Shown here: positions 18,107 to 29,251 of the stretch, in pieces
How the letters are laid out: every line of letters starts with the position of its first letter
Position numbering within the stretch: the first letter of the stretch is position 1
DNA from: Chrysochromulina tobinii
Taxonomy: Eukaryota
Length of the DNA stretch: 33,376 nt
Reading direction: 5' to 3'
NCBI GenBank assembly: GCA_001275005.1
Contig: JWZX01002923.1
Span: 1 to 33,376 of the forward strand
Notes under the pieces: generated by a model
Database searches by the model: none
What the model was told of the DNA's origin: nothing
The model's input: only the letters and a program-made list of their open reading frames with translations
Program-made: the position numbers and the translations under genes

Positions 18107-20866
18107 ATGACGATAGTGTTGCCGACCGACTTGTCGCCACATGCAACCAAAGCCATGCACGATGGCGCGGTGCGCCAGGAGGCGGCTAATGAGCTCCTAC
18201 TGAAGCACCAGCGGAGCGGCTCCGGCAAGTTGGCGCTGGCTTCGCTTAAGGGCAACAAGAAGGCACTTGGCCGGTGGGGCAAGGTGAGTACGGCGGCAAG
18301 CATGGTAAGCATGGCCGTAGAAATGCGCACCACCTCTACGCTCGATGCGCTCCGCCGGCTCGAAAAGGTTCTCGATAAGATTGACGGCCAGCCGGCCAAG
18401 GAAGAGGGCCGCAACTTTGTCCGGGAGCTCGAGTACATCCTAGGCTCGCTCAATCCGATCGAGATCCGGCTGATCGAACCTTTCAAACGCTTCGAGGCCG
18501 GCGTGAACGCCATTGAAATGCAGCTTATGCAGCGCGACACCGCCTCCGAGGACAAGCTGCGCGTGATCCGCGAGGCCATCACCAAGGCGCTCGCCCGCGG
18601 CCATTATGGCGTGCTAGCGCCGCTCGAACGCGAGGTGATGGCCGCAGCAGCCGAGGCGGCAACGCGTGGCGATGCGCCAGCGGCTGCGCTCACCGCCGCC
18701 GCTGCGAGCGCGCTGGGCGCCTCGGCGGAGACGATGAAGGCGGCGGAGCTCGAGGCTGCCGCAGCTGCCGAGCTGAAGCGCAAGTCCGATCGGGAGCAGA
18801 ACGACGTTGACGTCAATAAGCTCGTGTTCAGCACCTACGAACGACAGGGCGAACGCGACGCTATGCTCGGCGGCCTGGTGGATTGGCTCGATGCGGCGGC
18901 GGCTGACATTGAGGATGCGCTCTCCAACCCTGTGGCGAACGAGGACGATGCCGAGGACGAGACTGCGAAGCAGCAGCGTGCAGCCTTCAAAGGCAAGACG
19001 GACTTCGACGCGGAGCTGCTCATTCAAAGGGGACGCATGCAGCTCGACGACTTGCTCCTCGGGCTGCAGACCAACGCCACGCAGGCGATGGAGCTGCACG
19101 GCAAGATCGGCAATGAGCTCAAGGAGAAGATCCGCGCACTCGATGTGACGATTGCTGACATGAAGGCGGCCGTAGGGCCGGAGCAAGCGAAGCTCCGATT
19201 GGCACTCAAAGAAAAGGAGGACTTGGGGCGCCGGCTTGCCGAGATTGCGATTCAGATGAACGAGATCCAGGCCGCGACGACCGGTACCAAGAAGGAGATC
19301 GAGAAGATGGGCAAGCTGCTCGAGGAGGAGGGACGGAAGCTCAAGGCTGCCATCCAAAAGGAGTTTGAGGCCAACGAGGAGTTGGCCAAAGCGCAAGGCT
19401 CGCTCGCGCGAGTCGCCGGCGAGTCTGAGAACCGCAAGCTCGAGATCAACCGCCTCCAAAAGGAACTGAGCGCCGCCGAGAAGCGTCTCGCGGTCGCTGC
19501 GGATGCGGGCGTCGAGGCGGCCGCGGCGGCCGAGGCGCGCGCGGTGGAGCTGCAGGCGGAGATCGACCAGCTCAAGGCGGCGCTCGTGGAGGCACTCGCA
19601 GCGGCGGCGGCCAAGGAGGTCATCTCGCCAGCGATGCGTTCGCGCCTCGATGGCCTCGAAGCGCAGGTCAATTTGCTGCAAAAGGAGCTCAAGGAGGCTC
19701 TGATGGAGCGAGATAAGGCTGCGCATGATCGCGACCAACTCCAGAAGAAGCTCGATGCGATCCCACCGCCGGCGCCGCTGCCCAAAGGCGGTGGGCTGAG
19801 CGCCGAGGAGCGCGCGGCGATGGAGTGGCAGCGCGCGGCCGCGATGAAGAGAGCGCAGATCACGCTCTCTGATGGCGTCGAGGCGGCGGCGGCGGATGCG
19901 CAATCTCGGATCAGCGCTGCCGTCGCGGCGGCGGAGGCCCACTTTTCCGGTGTTGCGATGCGCGTCCAGAAGCGCGTGGTTACGGCGCTACGGGCCAGCG
20001 AGGCGCGTAGTGCGCATGCCGAGGCGCGCATGAAGACGCTTGAGGAGGAGCGCACCAAGGCGGTCGAGTTCGGGGAGCGCCAGCAGAAGGTAGCGAACGA
20101 CCGGGCGGATGAGATCGGGACGCTCAAGCGGCGGCTGGACGAGCTCGAAGAAGCCAACCGAAGAGCCCAACCCGCACCGCCGCCGCCGAAGGCACCCTCG
20201 GGGGCGAGCGCGAGCCAGACGGACCCGTACGAGAGCGACGAGGAGAAGCGGCTGAGAGTGGAGCTCGCGAAGGCACAGAAGGATCTCGACGCAGCGCTCG
20301 CGGCCACGGAGGCGGCGGGCGAGGCGTTGGCGGCGGCGTTGGCACGCGAACCGAAGAAGGCCAAGCCGGGATTCGCGCCCGCGGGCGAGGCAGTGCTCGC
20401 GGCGTCTGTGATGTCCACGGGCGCCAAGGAGAAGCAGAAGCTGAGCAGCGACGTGGACGCGCTGCACAAGCAGATCGAGGCGATGCGCGAGGAGATCGTT
20501 CTCTCCCAGGGCGAGGCGTTCCGAGCAAAGAAGGCGGCCAAGCTCGCGCGTGCGGATAACTTGCGCGACCGTGTGGTGCTCAAGGCCCTCATTCTGTCGA
20601 TGAGCAGGACGGCGATGTCCGACAAGACGCGTGCTGACATGCTGCATCGCCGACTGGATCAAGCCCTCGATGAAATTGACGAGCTGCGCAACCGGCCTCC
20701 GGAGATCGTCGAGGTCGTCAGAGACGCCCCGCCGCCTCCGCCGCGCGGCAACTCCTTCAGCGCGGCCAGGAGTGGCATGGTGGAACGGTACCAAGAGGAA
20801 GAGGATGAGCTCAAGCAGCAGCAGGCCATGGCTTTCATGAGCGCAGGCGCGTCCTCGGGCTTCTAA
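18107..20866 (+). CDS. Long coiled-coil protein (~919 aa); possibly the 5' part of a larger interrupted gene
   Basis: E/K/A/L heptad-rich ORF. The start is uncertain (ATG 18020 or 18107). It ends at TAA 20864-20866, but the same frame stays open afterwards. Confidence 0.75.
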   Translation: MTIVLPTDLSPHATKAMHDGAVRQEAANELLLKHQRSGSGKLALASLKGNKKALGRWGKVSTAASMVSMAVEMRTTSTLDALRRLEKVLDKIDGQPAKEEGRNFVRELEYILGSLNPIEIRLIEPFKRFEAGVNAIEMQLMQRDTASEDKLRVIREAITKALARGHYGVLAPLEREVMAAAAEAATRGDAPAAALTAAAASALGASAETMKAAELEAAAAAELKRKSDREQNDVDVNKLVFSTYERQGERDAMLGGLVDWLDAAAADIEDALSNPVANEDDAEDETAKQQRAAFKGKTDFDAELLIQRGRMQLDDLLLGLQTNATQAMELHGKIGNELKEKIRALDVTIADMKAAVGPEQAKLRLALKEKEDLGRRLAEIAIQMNEIQAATTGTKKEIEKMGKLLEEEGRKLKAAIQKEFEANEELAKAQGSLARVAGESENRKLEINRLQKELSAAEKRLAVAADAGVEAAAAAEARAVELQAEIDQLKAALVEALAAAAAKEVISPAMRSRLDGLEAQVNLLQKELKEALMERDKAAHDRDQLQKKLDAIPPPAPLPKGGGLSAEERAAMEWQRAAAMKRAQITLSDGVEAAAADAQSRISAAVAAAEAHFSGVAMRVQKRVVTALRASEARSAHAEARMKTLEEERTKAVEFGERQQKVANDRADEIGTLKRRLDELEEANRRAQPAPPPPKAPSGASASQTDPYESDEEKRLRVELAKAQKDLDAALAATEAAGEALAAALAREPKKAKPGFAPAGEAVLAASVMSTGAKEKQKLSSDVDALHKQIEAMREEIVLSQGEAFRAKKAAKLARADNLRDRVVLKALILSMSRTAMSDKTRADMLHRRLDQALDEIDELRNRPPEIVEVVRDAPPPPPRGNSFSAARSGMVERYQEEEDELKQQQAMAFMSAGASSGF

Positions 20867-21500
20867 TCGTCCTACAGTGAGCACTTTGACGAATCTGGAC
20901 GTGCGCGCTCCCGCGAAGGTGGCTCTCATGCCGGTAGCTCACGTGAAGGCCGCCCCGAGCGAACCGAGCGCCCCGAGCGCCCCGAACGCGCCGACCGCGC
21001 CGACCGTAGCGACCTGCGCGAGGAGTACGTCGAGTACGACCCTGGCGATGAACGCGGGCGTGATAACGACCACGGACGAGGTGGCGGCAGTGGCGTATCT
21101 TTGGATAGGCGCACCAGTAGAGACTCTGTCGATGCAGGCGCACTCGGCGCCGATGTAGACCGGCCGTCCGCACCAACTTCCCACAGCTCTGGCAGGGTTC
21201 GCGAGAACGCAGCACTTCCGAGACCGCAGCCCTCCCGAGGGGAGAGCGGCGTCAAGGACGCTGCCGTCAAGGACGCTGTCGTCAAGGGCGCTGTCGACGT
21301 CGAGTTGGACAGGCGGTACACGGCGGTGCCGTCCGCGATGGAAAGGCGGGGACATGGAGACGCGGTACCATCGATGCATCAGGAGGAGCTCATGGGCGGC
21401 CGAGCGAGCCCTACACGCTCAGAGGAGACACAGCGACGCATCGAGCGAGAGGCGCGGGATCGGGGCGTATCTCCTGCGCCTCAAGGCCCCCCCTGCATCT

Positions 21501-21845
21501 ATGGCCAAGCCGGTCCGAGAACGGGGCGCAGCGGTGGCGCACAAGATCGACGGGGACCGGGCCGATGACGAACCTGCCCGAGTGACGAGCTCGCTGACGG
21601 GCGGCAAGATGACTGATGAGATCGAGGCTCGCGGGGCAGCTGGCCCGGCGCCACGGGCGGCAGGCGCTCCTTCAGAATACTTGACCAGCGGCGTCGCCCG
21701 TCCGGTCGTACGGAAAGACATGCCGCCTCAGGATCCAGACTACGAGGTCATTATGAGGCAAGCGGGCTCGGGCCGCATCGTGACGCAAGTCCCTGGGCAG
21801 CAAAAGGCCGGCGGAGGAGGAGGTGGAGGTGGAGGTGGAGGTGGA

Positions 21846-21886
<41 letters not shown>

Positions 21887-24800
21887 GGCTGGCAAGCCCC
21901 CTTTGCTCGCTGGCGCGGCGAGCGCGGGGCGCCAGCAGACACCACCCAAGCGAGTAGGGGCAGAGGCAGAGGAGGTTGGAGCTCAGGGTGCAGCGGGCAG
22001 CGCCTCGGCGCCGCGCCACGCCGCGCCGCCGCGCACGACCAGCCTTGTGCGAGGCGCTTCGTACGTTGAGGCGACATTCGAGGAGGAAGAGGAAGAGGCT
22101 TACCAGCCGCCCCCCGACTCAACGCCCTCAGCGGTGACGGGGGCGACGGGCCGGCCGCAGCAGCTTGCTTCCACCTCAGCCAAGGCCGGTGGCGGCGGCG
22201 GTGGCGGCGGCGGAGCTACAGCAGGAGCGGCGGCGGCGGCGGCGGCGGAGGCGGCGACCACACGAAAAGAGGCGACAGCGGTGCACTCGCGTGTGGCTGA
22301 GCTCAGGCGAAAGCAAGCTGCGGGAGAGCTGAACCCAGTTGAGAGGTTCGAGCTCTCGTCCTCCGAAGAGAAGCTGACGAAACTTGAATCGAAGGTGCAG
22401 AGGCTGGAGGCAGCAGCTAGGGCTGGGGATGTGAACGGGGGGCTAACGCCAAGCGATCAGCTGCCTCGGGCCACCGCAACCGTCGTGTCAGCGGGCCGGG
22501 CCACAGTGCCACCCGCCTCTCCGACGAACCTGCCCAGGCCAGAGAAGCCTGACACGGCGATCTCCCTGCCTCCGGAGTCGATCGCGACGCTCGCGACACA
22601 GCGCAGCGGCAGCCTTCAACGGGGCCTCCCTGCAGGCACCTCCAACAGGGACCTGCTTGAGTCTAGTGCACCCGCCGAGCCACCCACCCTCAGCGTGGCC
22701 AACGGTTTGGCGGCGGAGGGCAGCGCGGCCCATGACGAGACCGATTATGAGACCTCGCGCTTCACGCCCTCCTCTCGGCGCGGCATGCGTCTGCCCCACC
22801 CGGGCGCCCCGCAATACCCGCGCGTCGATGGCGCCCTCGAGCTAGCGGCAGCAGCGGCCGAGGCGGCGGCAAGTAAGCCAGTCGCGGAGCTCTCGAGTGC
22901 GTCACCTGCCAGGTCGGGTAGCCGCGGCACGCTCCAAGCTCGCGGCTCCCTGAAAGCAGGAGGCACCTGCGGCGGCGGCGGCTGCGCTGCACCGCCGTTC
23001 TCGTCGGAGACTAGTCTTGGGCCTCGGCTTGCTGGCGAGGGCGGAGGGCGCGAGTCGACCGTCTCACCACCCCCTATGATGATCTCCTCGTGGAGTGGGA
23101 ACATCGCGCGCACGCCAACGGGCCTCGAGACGGCCGCTCACGAGCAGGTGGAGCGGGCGGTGGCAGCCGCTGTCAAGGCAGAGCAGGAGCGCAGTGCTCA
23201 ACTGCTCCAGTTTCGGCTGGCAGAGGCGCGTGCGGACGCGATCGCAGCCAAGGAAGCGGCGGCGGCGGCGGAAGCGGCGAAGGAGGTCGCCAAGGCGTCT
23301 GCACTCGAGGCCGGAAGCAAAGCGGCCGCACTTGCGTCGCAGGTGGGCAATCTGCGCAAGGAGGTGTCACAGCTCACCCACGAGAATGAAGCGCTCCGCT
23401 CGCAGGTCAGCGAGGCTAAGACGTTGCCGCTCGGGATCGCTGGCCTGCCCGCGCCACGAGCGACTACCCCGGCCGCACCAAGAGCCCCACCAATGCCTCT
23501 CACAACCGCCCACCTTCGTGTGCTCGCTCCAAGCGATAAGAAGGGAGGGCCCGTCGATCTGGTGCCCCACGCGGCCGTTGCGCCGCCAGCCGCGCCTAGC
23601 CAAGACGCTGATGCGGCGTCGGTCGCGGCGATCGCGGCGGCGTACGGCGTCGATGCTCGGCTAGTAGCCTCCGTGAAGGCAACGCTCCATGGCTTCGAGG
23701 GGTCGGTGCCCGCGGGTAGTTACAACGAGGAGCACGCGGCGCGTATCATCTCGGCAGCGACGGCGGCCGTGCTTGCGAGCGAGGGCAATGTAGCCATGCC
23801 GCCCGCGCCACCGTCGCTTGCACCCATCTCGAGCACAGTTCTGGCGGCGGCCGAGGCGGCCTACGAGCTGCAGTGTGCAGTCGGGCCCGCGCGCGCGGGC
23901 TCGCGTGTGCCCGACTTTTACCGCGCTTGGATGGAGGAGCAGCTGGATCACCACGGGCTGAGCGGAGCCGAGAGGCCGGTGCGCGTCAACAATTCCCTCG
24001 CGCCCTTCTCGCCCCCGAGCGCGAGCTGCACCCATGGGCTCAACTCCTCGGCTGAGGTACGGTCGGCTGGGAAGGCGTACGCGGCCGCTTTCCCACAGGT
24101 GCACTCGCCGCACGCGCGCCGGCTAGTGAGCGCCGGCCAGGGCGGCGGTGACGCACGGCCTTGGACACCAACTGCGCTCGCCTCACCCACTGGCGCGGAC
24201 GCGCGTGGAAGCGCGCGGGGCGAGCAGCTCACACCGATGGTCATTGGGATGCTCCAGCACGACGACGCCGCTGTGCGTGACGCGGCGCAGAGTGTGCTGG
24301 AGAACCTACGCAAGCTGCCGTTGCCGCCAGGCGCACTCTCGACCGTTGGGCTCCCTATGAGCCCCGTCGCAGTACCCAGGCCGCGCCAACGGCCGCCCGA
24401 AGCAACGCCGCCGAAAGCGGGCGGCGCCTCAGCACAGCCACCCTCGTCGCCGGCTAAGGCCGAGGGCGGCGATCCGAAACCGAAATCGCGCCTCGGAGGA
24501 CCGCCCACCAACCAGGCGATCTCGGTTCGGATCGCGCTCGGCCCCGAGCCCACAGCCACTGTGGCCGCGATGCGCGCCGCCGTGGACGGTCTGCATGCGC
24601 TCAAGACGGCGCTGAGCATGCTCGGGCCCGAGTGCATGCCGCTGCATGGGATGAGTGGGCTGCTCGGCAAGCTGGTGGAGCATCCCGAGGGGCCAATCCG
24701 CTCCGCTGCCCACGGACTCCTCGAGACCCTTCGCCGAGTGCACGGCGACGATCCGCTCTTCAGCGCGCTCGCGAGCGCCCACGTCGGCGCTCAGACGCTC

Positions 24801-26084
24801 GCGGCGCTGCGCCGCGCGCCGTTTCCGCCGCCGCTGCCGCCGCTCGCACGCACCCCAGAGGCCCTCGCGGCGGCCACTAGAGGCCTTGGCGCCGCCGTGA
24901 GCGTCTTTGGCGACCGGCTGCTTCACCTGCCAGTTCTGCTCGAGCACGCCGAGCCGCGCGTGCGCGAGGCCGCCGCGTCGCTCGCCGACGCGGCGGCGAA
25001 GGCGGCCAGCGCCGCCGCCGCAAGCGGCACGGGCGGCGCCCGCGACGGCGTCTTCTTCGAGGTCAAAGGCAGCGGTAGCGGCACCGGCACCGGCATCGGC
25101 ACCGGTGGAAGCTTCCTTGGAGGCAGCTACACTGACGACGCCTTCGGAGACCGGCTGAGCGGTAGCCCTCTGACACGCGACCGGAAGACCAACCAGCTGA
25201 GGCGCGACAGAGGCTCGCCCGCCGGCTGGCCACTGCGCGACGCGAAACCGCCCGACGGGCTGGTGGCCGTTGGCACGAGCCCGGGCGCAGCGCTCGAGGC
25301 GCTCACGACGACGCACGAGACGCTCGCGACGACGGCGGAGGCGGAGCGCCTCGCAGCGGAGGCCGCCCTCGCGTCGCTCGTGGTGGCAGCCTCGGACGAG
25401 AAGGCGCGGTATGCGGCGAGTGAGTCACCAACGAAGAACGTGCGGAGCGCTGTGCTGAGCACGGCGCTCGGCGGCAGCGCGAGCTCCGTGAGCCTTGAGC
25501 TCAGTGTGTCGGCGCGGCAGCTCCACGCACATACCGGTGGGGCAGCGCCTCGGCAGCCGACCTCGCCGCCGGCCGACCTGAGCTGGAAGGCTCAGCCCGA
25601 CGGCGCTCGAGACGGCGTCGGCGGACCTGAGCTGAAAGACGGCCACGGCGTGGCACTCGAGTACGTAAGCATGATCGCGCGCTCTGACTTGCACGAGATG
25701 AGCGAGCGGCACGTGGCAGCGCGATCTCCGAGTTTGGGGCAGCGCACGCTGAGCCCCGCCCGCGGGGGTGTGGGGGTCGCAGACACGCAGCTGAGCCCGG
25801 GCAGAGCGCACCAGTATGCTGGCGGCGCCGGCGCGAGCGTGCCATCCATGATGCAGCTGGCGCGCCCCCTCACCTCCGACACGGCGCTCATATCTGCCCG
25901 GAAAGCAGCGCTCCGCGCGAGCGCTTCGGTGGGCGCGTTACCCTCGAGCGTCGACCCCGGCGCGTTAGGCGCGGCGATGGGTGACAACCCCTACTTGCAG
26001 AAACTACCGCCCGTGCTCCGTCGCTCGGTGTGCGGCAATGGGGCACGTCAGCACACACGGGCCGTCTACCAGGGCGAGAGGTGA
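21501..26084 (+). CDS. Large Ala/Pro/Gly-rich protein with coiled coils and HEAT/TOG-like repeats; possibly the 3' part of the interrupted gene
   Basis: 4.6 kb open frame; poly-Gly at ~21809-21884; coiled coil QVGNLRKEVSQLTHENEALRSQVSE; HEAT-like motifs at ~24249-24990. The start is uncertain. Confidence 0.7.
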
Positions 26085-26284
26085 GCGCGAGAGTAGTCTG
26101 TACGCTTTTTATTAACTGAACTGTTTGTACTGCATGTACTCTGTAGGTTGCGGCGTTGCGCCAGAGGTGAGAAGCTGTACCGATGTTGCGAAAAACCCAA
26201 TACAATTGTATGGCGTCGCGTTGTGTTGAACAGTCCACTTTGCTGCTCATCAAACGAGGTCGTCACGCGTCCCCGACATCATCA

Positions 26285-26905
26285 ATGCGCGCGTTTATGC
26301 TTCTATACTTGCTCGGGATGGCGCACGCCTTTTTGGCACACACTCGAGTGCCACGAGGCCCAGTGGCTTGCGCGCGCAGCCCCTCGGTCACAATCGAGAT
26401 GATGGCAAAGCCCACCGACGCGAAGGGCAACGAGATCAAGCCTGCGATGAGCTCCTACATGCACTTTTGCCAGGAGCGGCGGCCGATGGTGACGCAGCAG
26501 CTCAAGGCCAAACTGGGAGCGGAGTTCAAGCAGGTTGCCGTCATGTCTCAGCTGGGCACCGAGTGGAAGGCACTGCCTGATGCCACTAAGGCCAAATTCA
26601 CATCAATGGCAAAATCAGATAAGACACGGTACGATGCGGCCTTTGCGTCCAACCCGGACAACGCCTCTATCAAGCGCGGTGGCGGTACGACGCGCGCGCG
26701 GAAGAGCACCGGCCCCAAAAAGCTCTCGGCGTATCTGCACTTCTGCGCGGAGAAGCGGTCGGCCAAGACGGAGCAGTTGAAGGCGTCCATGGGTAACGCC
26801 TTCAAGTACTCGGCTGTGCTGTCCGCGCTTGGCGCCGACTGGAAGGTCCTTGACGAGGCGTCTAAGATTCGCTTCAAGCAGATGGCCGAGCAGCCCGTGA
26901 TGTAG
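26285..26905 (+). CDS. Tandem HMG-box protein with signal peptide and transit-like leader (206 aa)
   Basis: HMG box 1 KPAMSSYMHFCQERR...LGTEWKALPDATKAKF..MAKSDKTRYD; box 2 KKLSAYLHFCAEKR...LGADWKVLDEASKIRF; N-terminus MRAFMLLYLLGMAHA|FLAHTRVPR. Confidence 0.88.
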   Translation: MRAFMLLYLLGMAHAFLAHTRVPRGPVACARSPSVTIEMMAKPTDAKGNEIKPAMSSYMHFCQERRPMVTQQLKAKLGAEFKQVAVMSQLGTEWKALPDATKAKFTSMAKSDKTRYDAAFASNPDNASIKRGGGTTRARKSTGPKKLSAYLHFCAEKRSAKTEQLKASMGNAFKYSAVLSALGADWKVLDEASKIRFKQMAEQPVM

Positions 26906-27438
26906 GGAGGAGACACGAGCGAAGTTTGAGCATGGCGACGGGCGAAATCGAACGCGGGCCGCGGGCGCGTCGACGTCAGCCGTTGGTACGGTATACGGTT
27001 GACGGTTCAGCCGCGCCGCTATAAGACTAGACGGAGGCTCGTTATAGCCTGCGTCGCTCTTGTACTCTTAATATGGGTCGCCACTTGGGTACAGTGGCAC
27101 TATGACCATCCACAAAAGTAACTCCCACTAACTCGTAAACTCGACACGCCCGGAGCGGCGCGCGCGGGCCGCGGCGCCGCGGGCGCGCGCCCGGGCCACG
27201 GCATGCGTCGCCGCCCTCGGCCGTGGCGCCGCCAAAGCGGAACCGCGAGCGTGCGCCGCGGGCTACCGAAACAAAGCACCACCGTATTCTCTCCGTTCCT
27301 CCCCCGGTCCCGCCGGTCGCGAACCGCGATGCGGGAACGGCGCGGATACAACGACGTTTTCGGCGGCGCGGTACGTTCGACGCTGCGCGCAGGCGGGGCG
27401 TCGGGGGAAGGACACGCCAACGATCCGCAATCCGCGCC

Positions 27439-28947
27439 TCACTTCTTACCAAACATCTTCAAGACGGTCTTCTGGCTCTTTCCTTCCTGTGTTGCGTTGT
27501 CAGCAGCCGAGGCGGCGAGCATGCTGCCTGCCACGCGCAGCTTCTTCGCGGCCTTATTCGGCGAGCTTTGTGAGGTTGGCGAGGAGGGTCGACTCGCCTC
27601 TTCATCCCTGACCATGAACTGCTCCACGGCGACCGGCTCGAGGCCGTTGGCCCAGTAGAGACATTGGTCAAGCTGCCCTTCGAGGTGGAGGCCCTGGAGG
27701 TCGTGCAACTTGGAGCGCATGCCCTCCGCTGACCTGAGATACCCCTCGTGCGCGCGTAGCAGCGCACGCTGCCAGTGGCGGAGCGTGGCCGCCGCCTCCA
27801 GATCGCCCTCGCGCTTCTTCTCGCGCATCTCCTTGTACAAGAGCCCTTGCTCGAGGCTGCGCTTCTTCTCGATGTAGAGCTCCACCTGCGTGTCCTTGAG
27901 CTTCTCCGCCCGAAAGGCAACGGCATCCTCAAGCTTGTGGATCTTCTTCTCGAGAAGGTCCTTCTCCTCAAGCAGCACCTGATAGTTCTGAGCCGTGACA
28001 CCGCCCAGCCGCAAGCGCTCCTCCTCACGCAGCTTCAACTTCTCGGCACGAGCCTCGCTCTCTTTGAGCGCCTTCTGCAACGCCTCCAGCTTATCGTCGA
28101 GCACAAAGCGATTGCCGATCTGCTGCGCGTGCCGGGCCTCGAGCGCCTGCATCTGCTGCTCCCAAGTCTCACGGTCGCTCCGGAGCTCGCGCACAGCCTC
28201 AAAGAAGCACGGCATCGAGGAGGAGGCGGCTAGGGCGGCGGCGCTGCCTTCAGGCGCCTCAATGCCCGCCACTGCTTGGGCAATAGCCGAGTCCAACCAC
28301 CGAGCCTTGTCCTTAGCATCCTGCATCTCCTCGTCCCCAGCTGCATCTGGCAGAGATAGAATGGCCGGCGTGAGCTCCGCAGTCAGATGCGTCAAAATCG
28401 TAGAGAACGGGGAGGGTACGCGTGTGGCGTCACGCAAGGCCTGCAACGACGCGATCGCTCGTCGCCGCGACGGCTCCGCAGATGCCCGCGACGAGAGTGC
28501 CGCGCTCAGACGAAGCTCAATGTCGCGCAGGCTCATGTGCTCACTGCGCGGTGCTGGCGTGAGACCAAAGTGTCGAGGGCCTACGAGTTGACCAGAGCTC
28601 GTGTGGAACGCTGGCGTCGACACACTCTGCGGCAGTGGGGGCAGCGCTGGGGGCAGCGGCGCTGTCATCTGCCACACGTGCGCCCTCAGATTCGCGTGCG
28701 CAGCAGCAGCTGCTGCACTGGCTGCCTTCGCCTGCTCGCTTCGGCGCTTGGCAAACACAACATCTCGTGCCTGGAGCACAGCCTCAATCTGCGCCTCCTT
28801 GAAGCGCTTTTTCTCGGACAAAACCAGCGCTGCCACATCTGCAACGAGCTTCTCCGGCGTCGTGGGCAATCCCGCCCGAGATGGCCGGGCGACCTTCCTC
28901 GGTGGAAGTAGACGATGTGGCTCGACACCGACAGAGTTGTTCTGCAT
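27439..28947 (-). CDS. Uncharacterised coiled-coil protein (~502 aa)
   Basis: Long ORF from ATG 28947 (MQNNSV) with extensive E/K/L heptads in the C-terminal half. Confidence 0.75.
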   Translation of the reverse strand: MQNNSVGVEPHRLLPPRKVARPSRAGLPTTPEKLVADVAALVLSEKKRFKEAQIEAVLQARDVVFAKRRSEQAKAASAAAAAAHANLRAHVWQMTAPLPPALPPLPQSVSTPAFHTSSGQLVGPRHFGLTPAPRSEHMSLRDIELRLSAALSSRASAEPSRRRAIASLQALRDATRVPSPFSTILTHLTAELTPAILSLPDAAGDEEMQDAKDKARWLDSAIAQAVAGIEAPEGSAAALAASSSMPCFFEAVRELRSDRETWEQQMQALEARHAQQIGNRFVLDDKLEALQKALKESEARAEKLKLREEERLRLGGVTAQNYQVLLEEKDLLEKKIHKLEDAVAFRAEKLKDTQVELYIEKKRSLEQGLLYKEMREKKREGDLEAAATLRHWQRALLRAHEGYLRSAEGMRSKLHDLQGLHLEGQLDQCLYWANGLEPVAVEQFMVRDEEASRPSSPTSQSSPNKAAKKLRVAGSMLAASAADNATQEGKSQKTVLKMFGKK

Positions 28948-29251
28948 GGTTGCCTCGTCCCGTGAAACGCTCCAGAAAACCAAAAAGCAGAAAAGTTCTC
29001 ATTAGGTTCGTACATGCTCTGAACCTCTGGCACCACCACCTCGCTTGATGGGGTGTGTGGTGCGGTTTGTGGCGACGCGTGCGTCCCGGGGTTGGGTGTG
29101 GACTGGCGCGGTTTGGGTGTGGTCTGGCGCGCGCGAGTCGGTGGGTGGGTTGGTTTTGAGGGGGTTCGGCTTGTGCGGTTCGTGTGTCTGTCCCGTGTGT
29201 GTCCCGGCTCCGGTGCCTTTTTACCGGTCTCGTTTCAGGAATTGCGTAACG

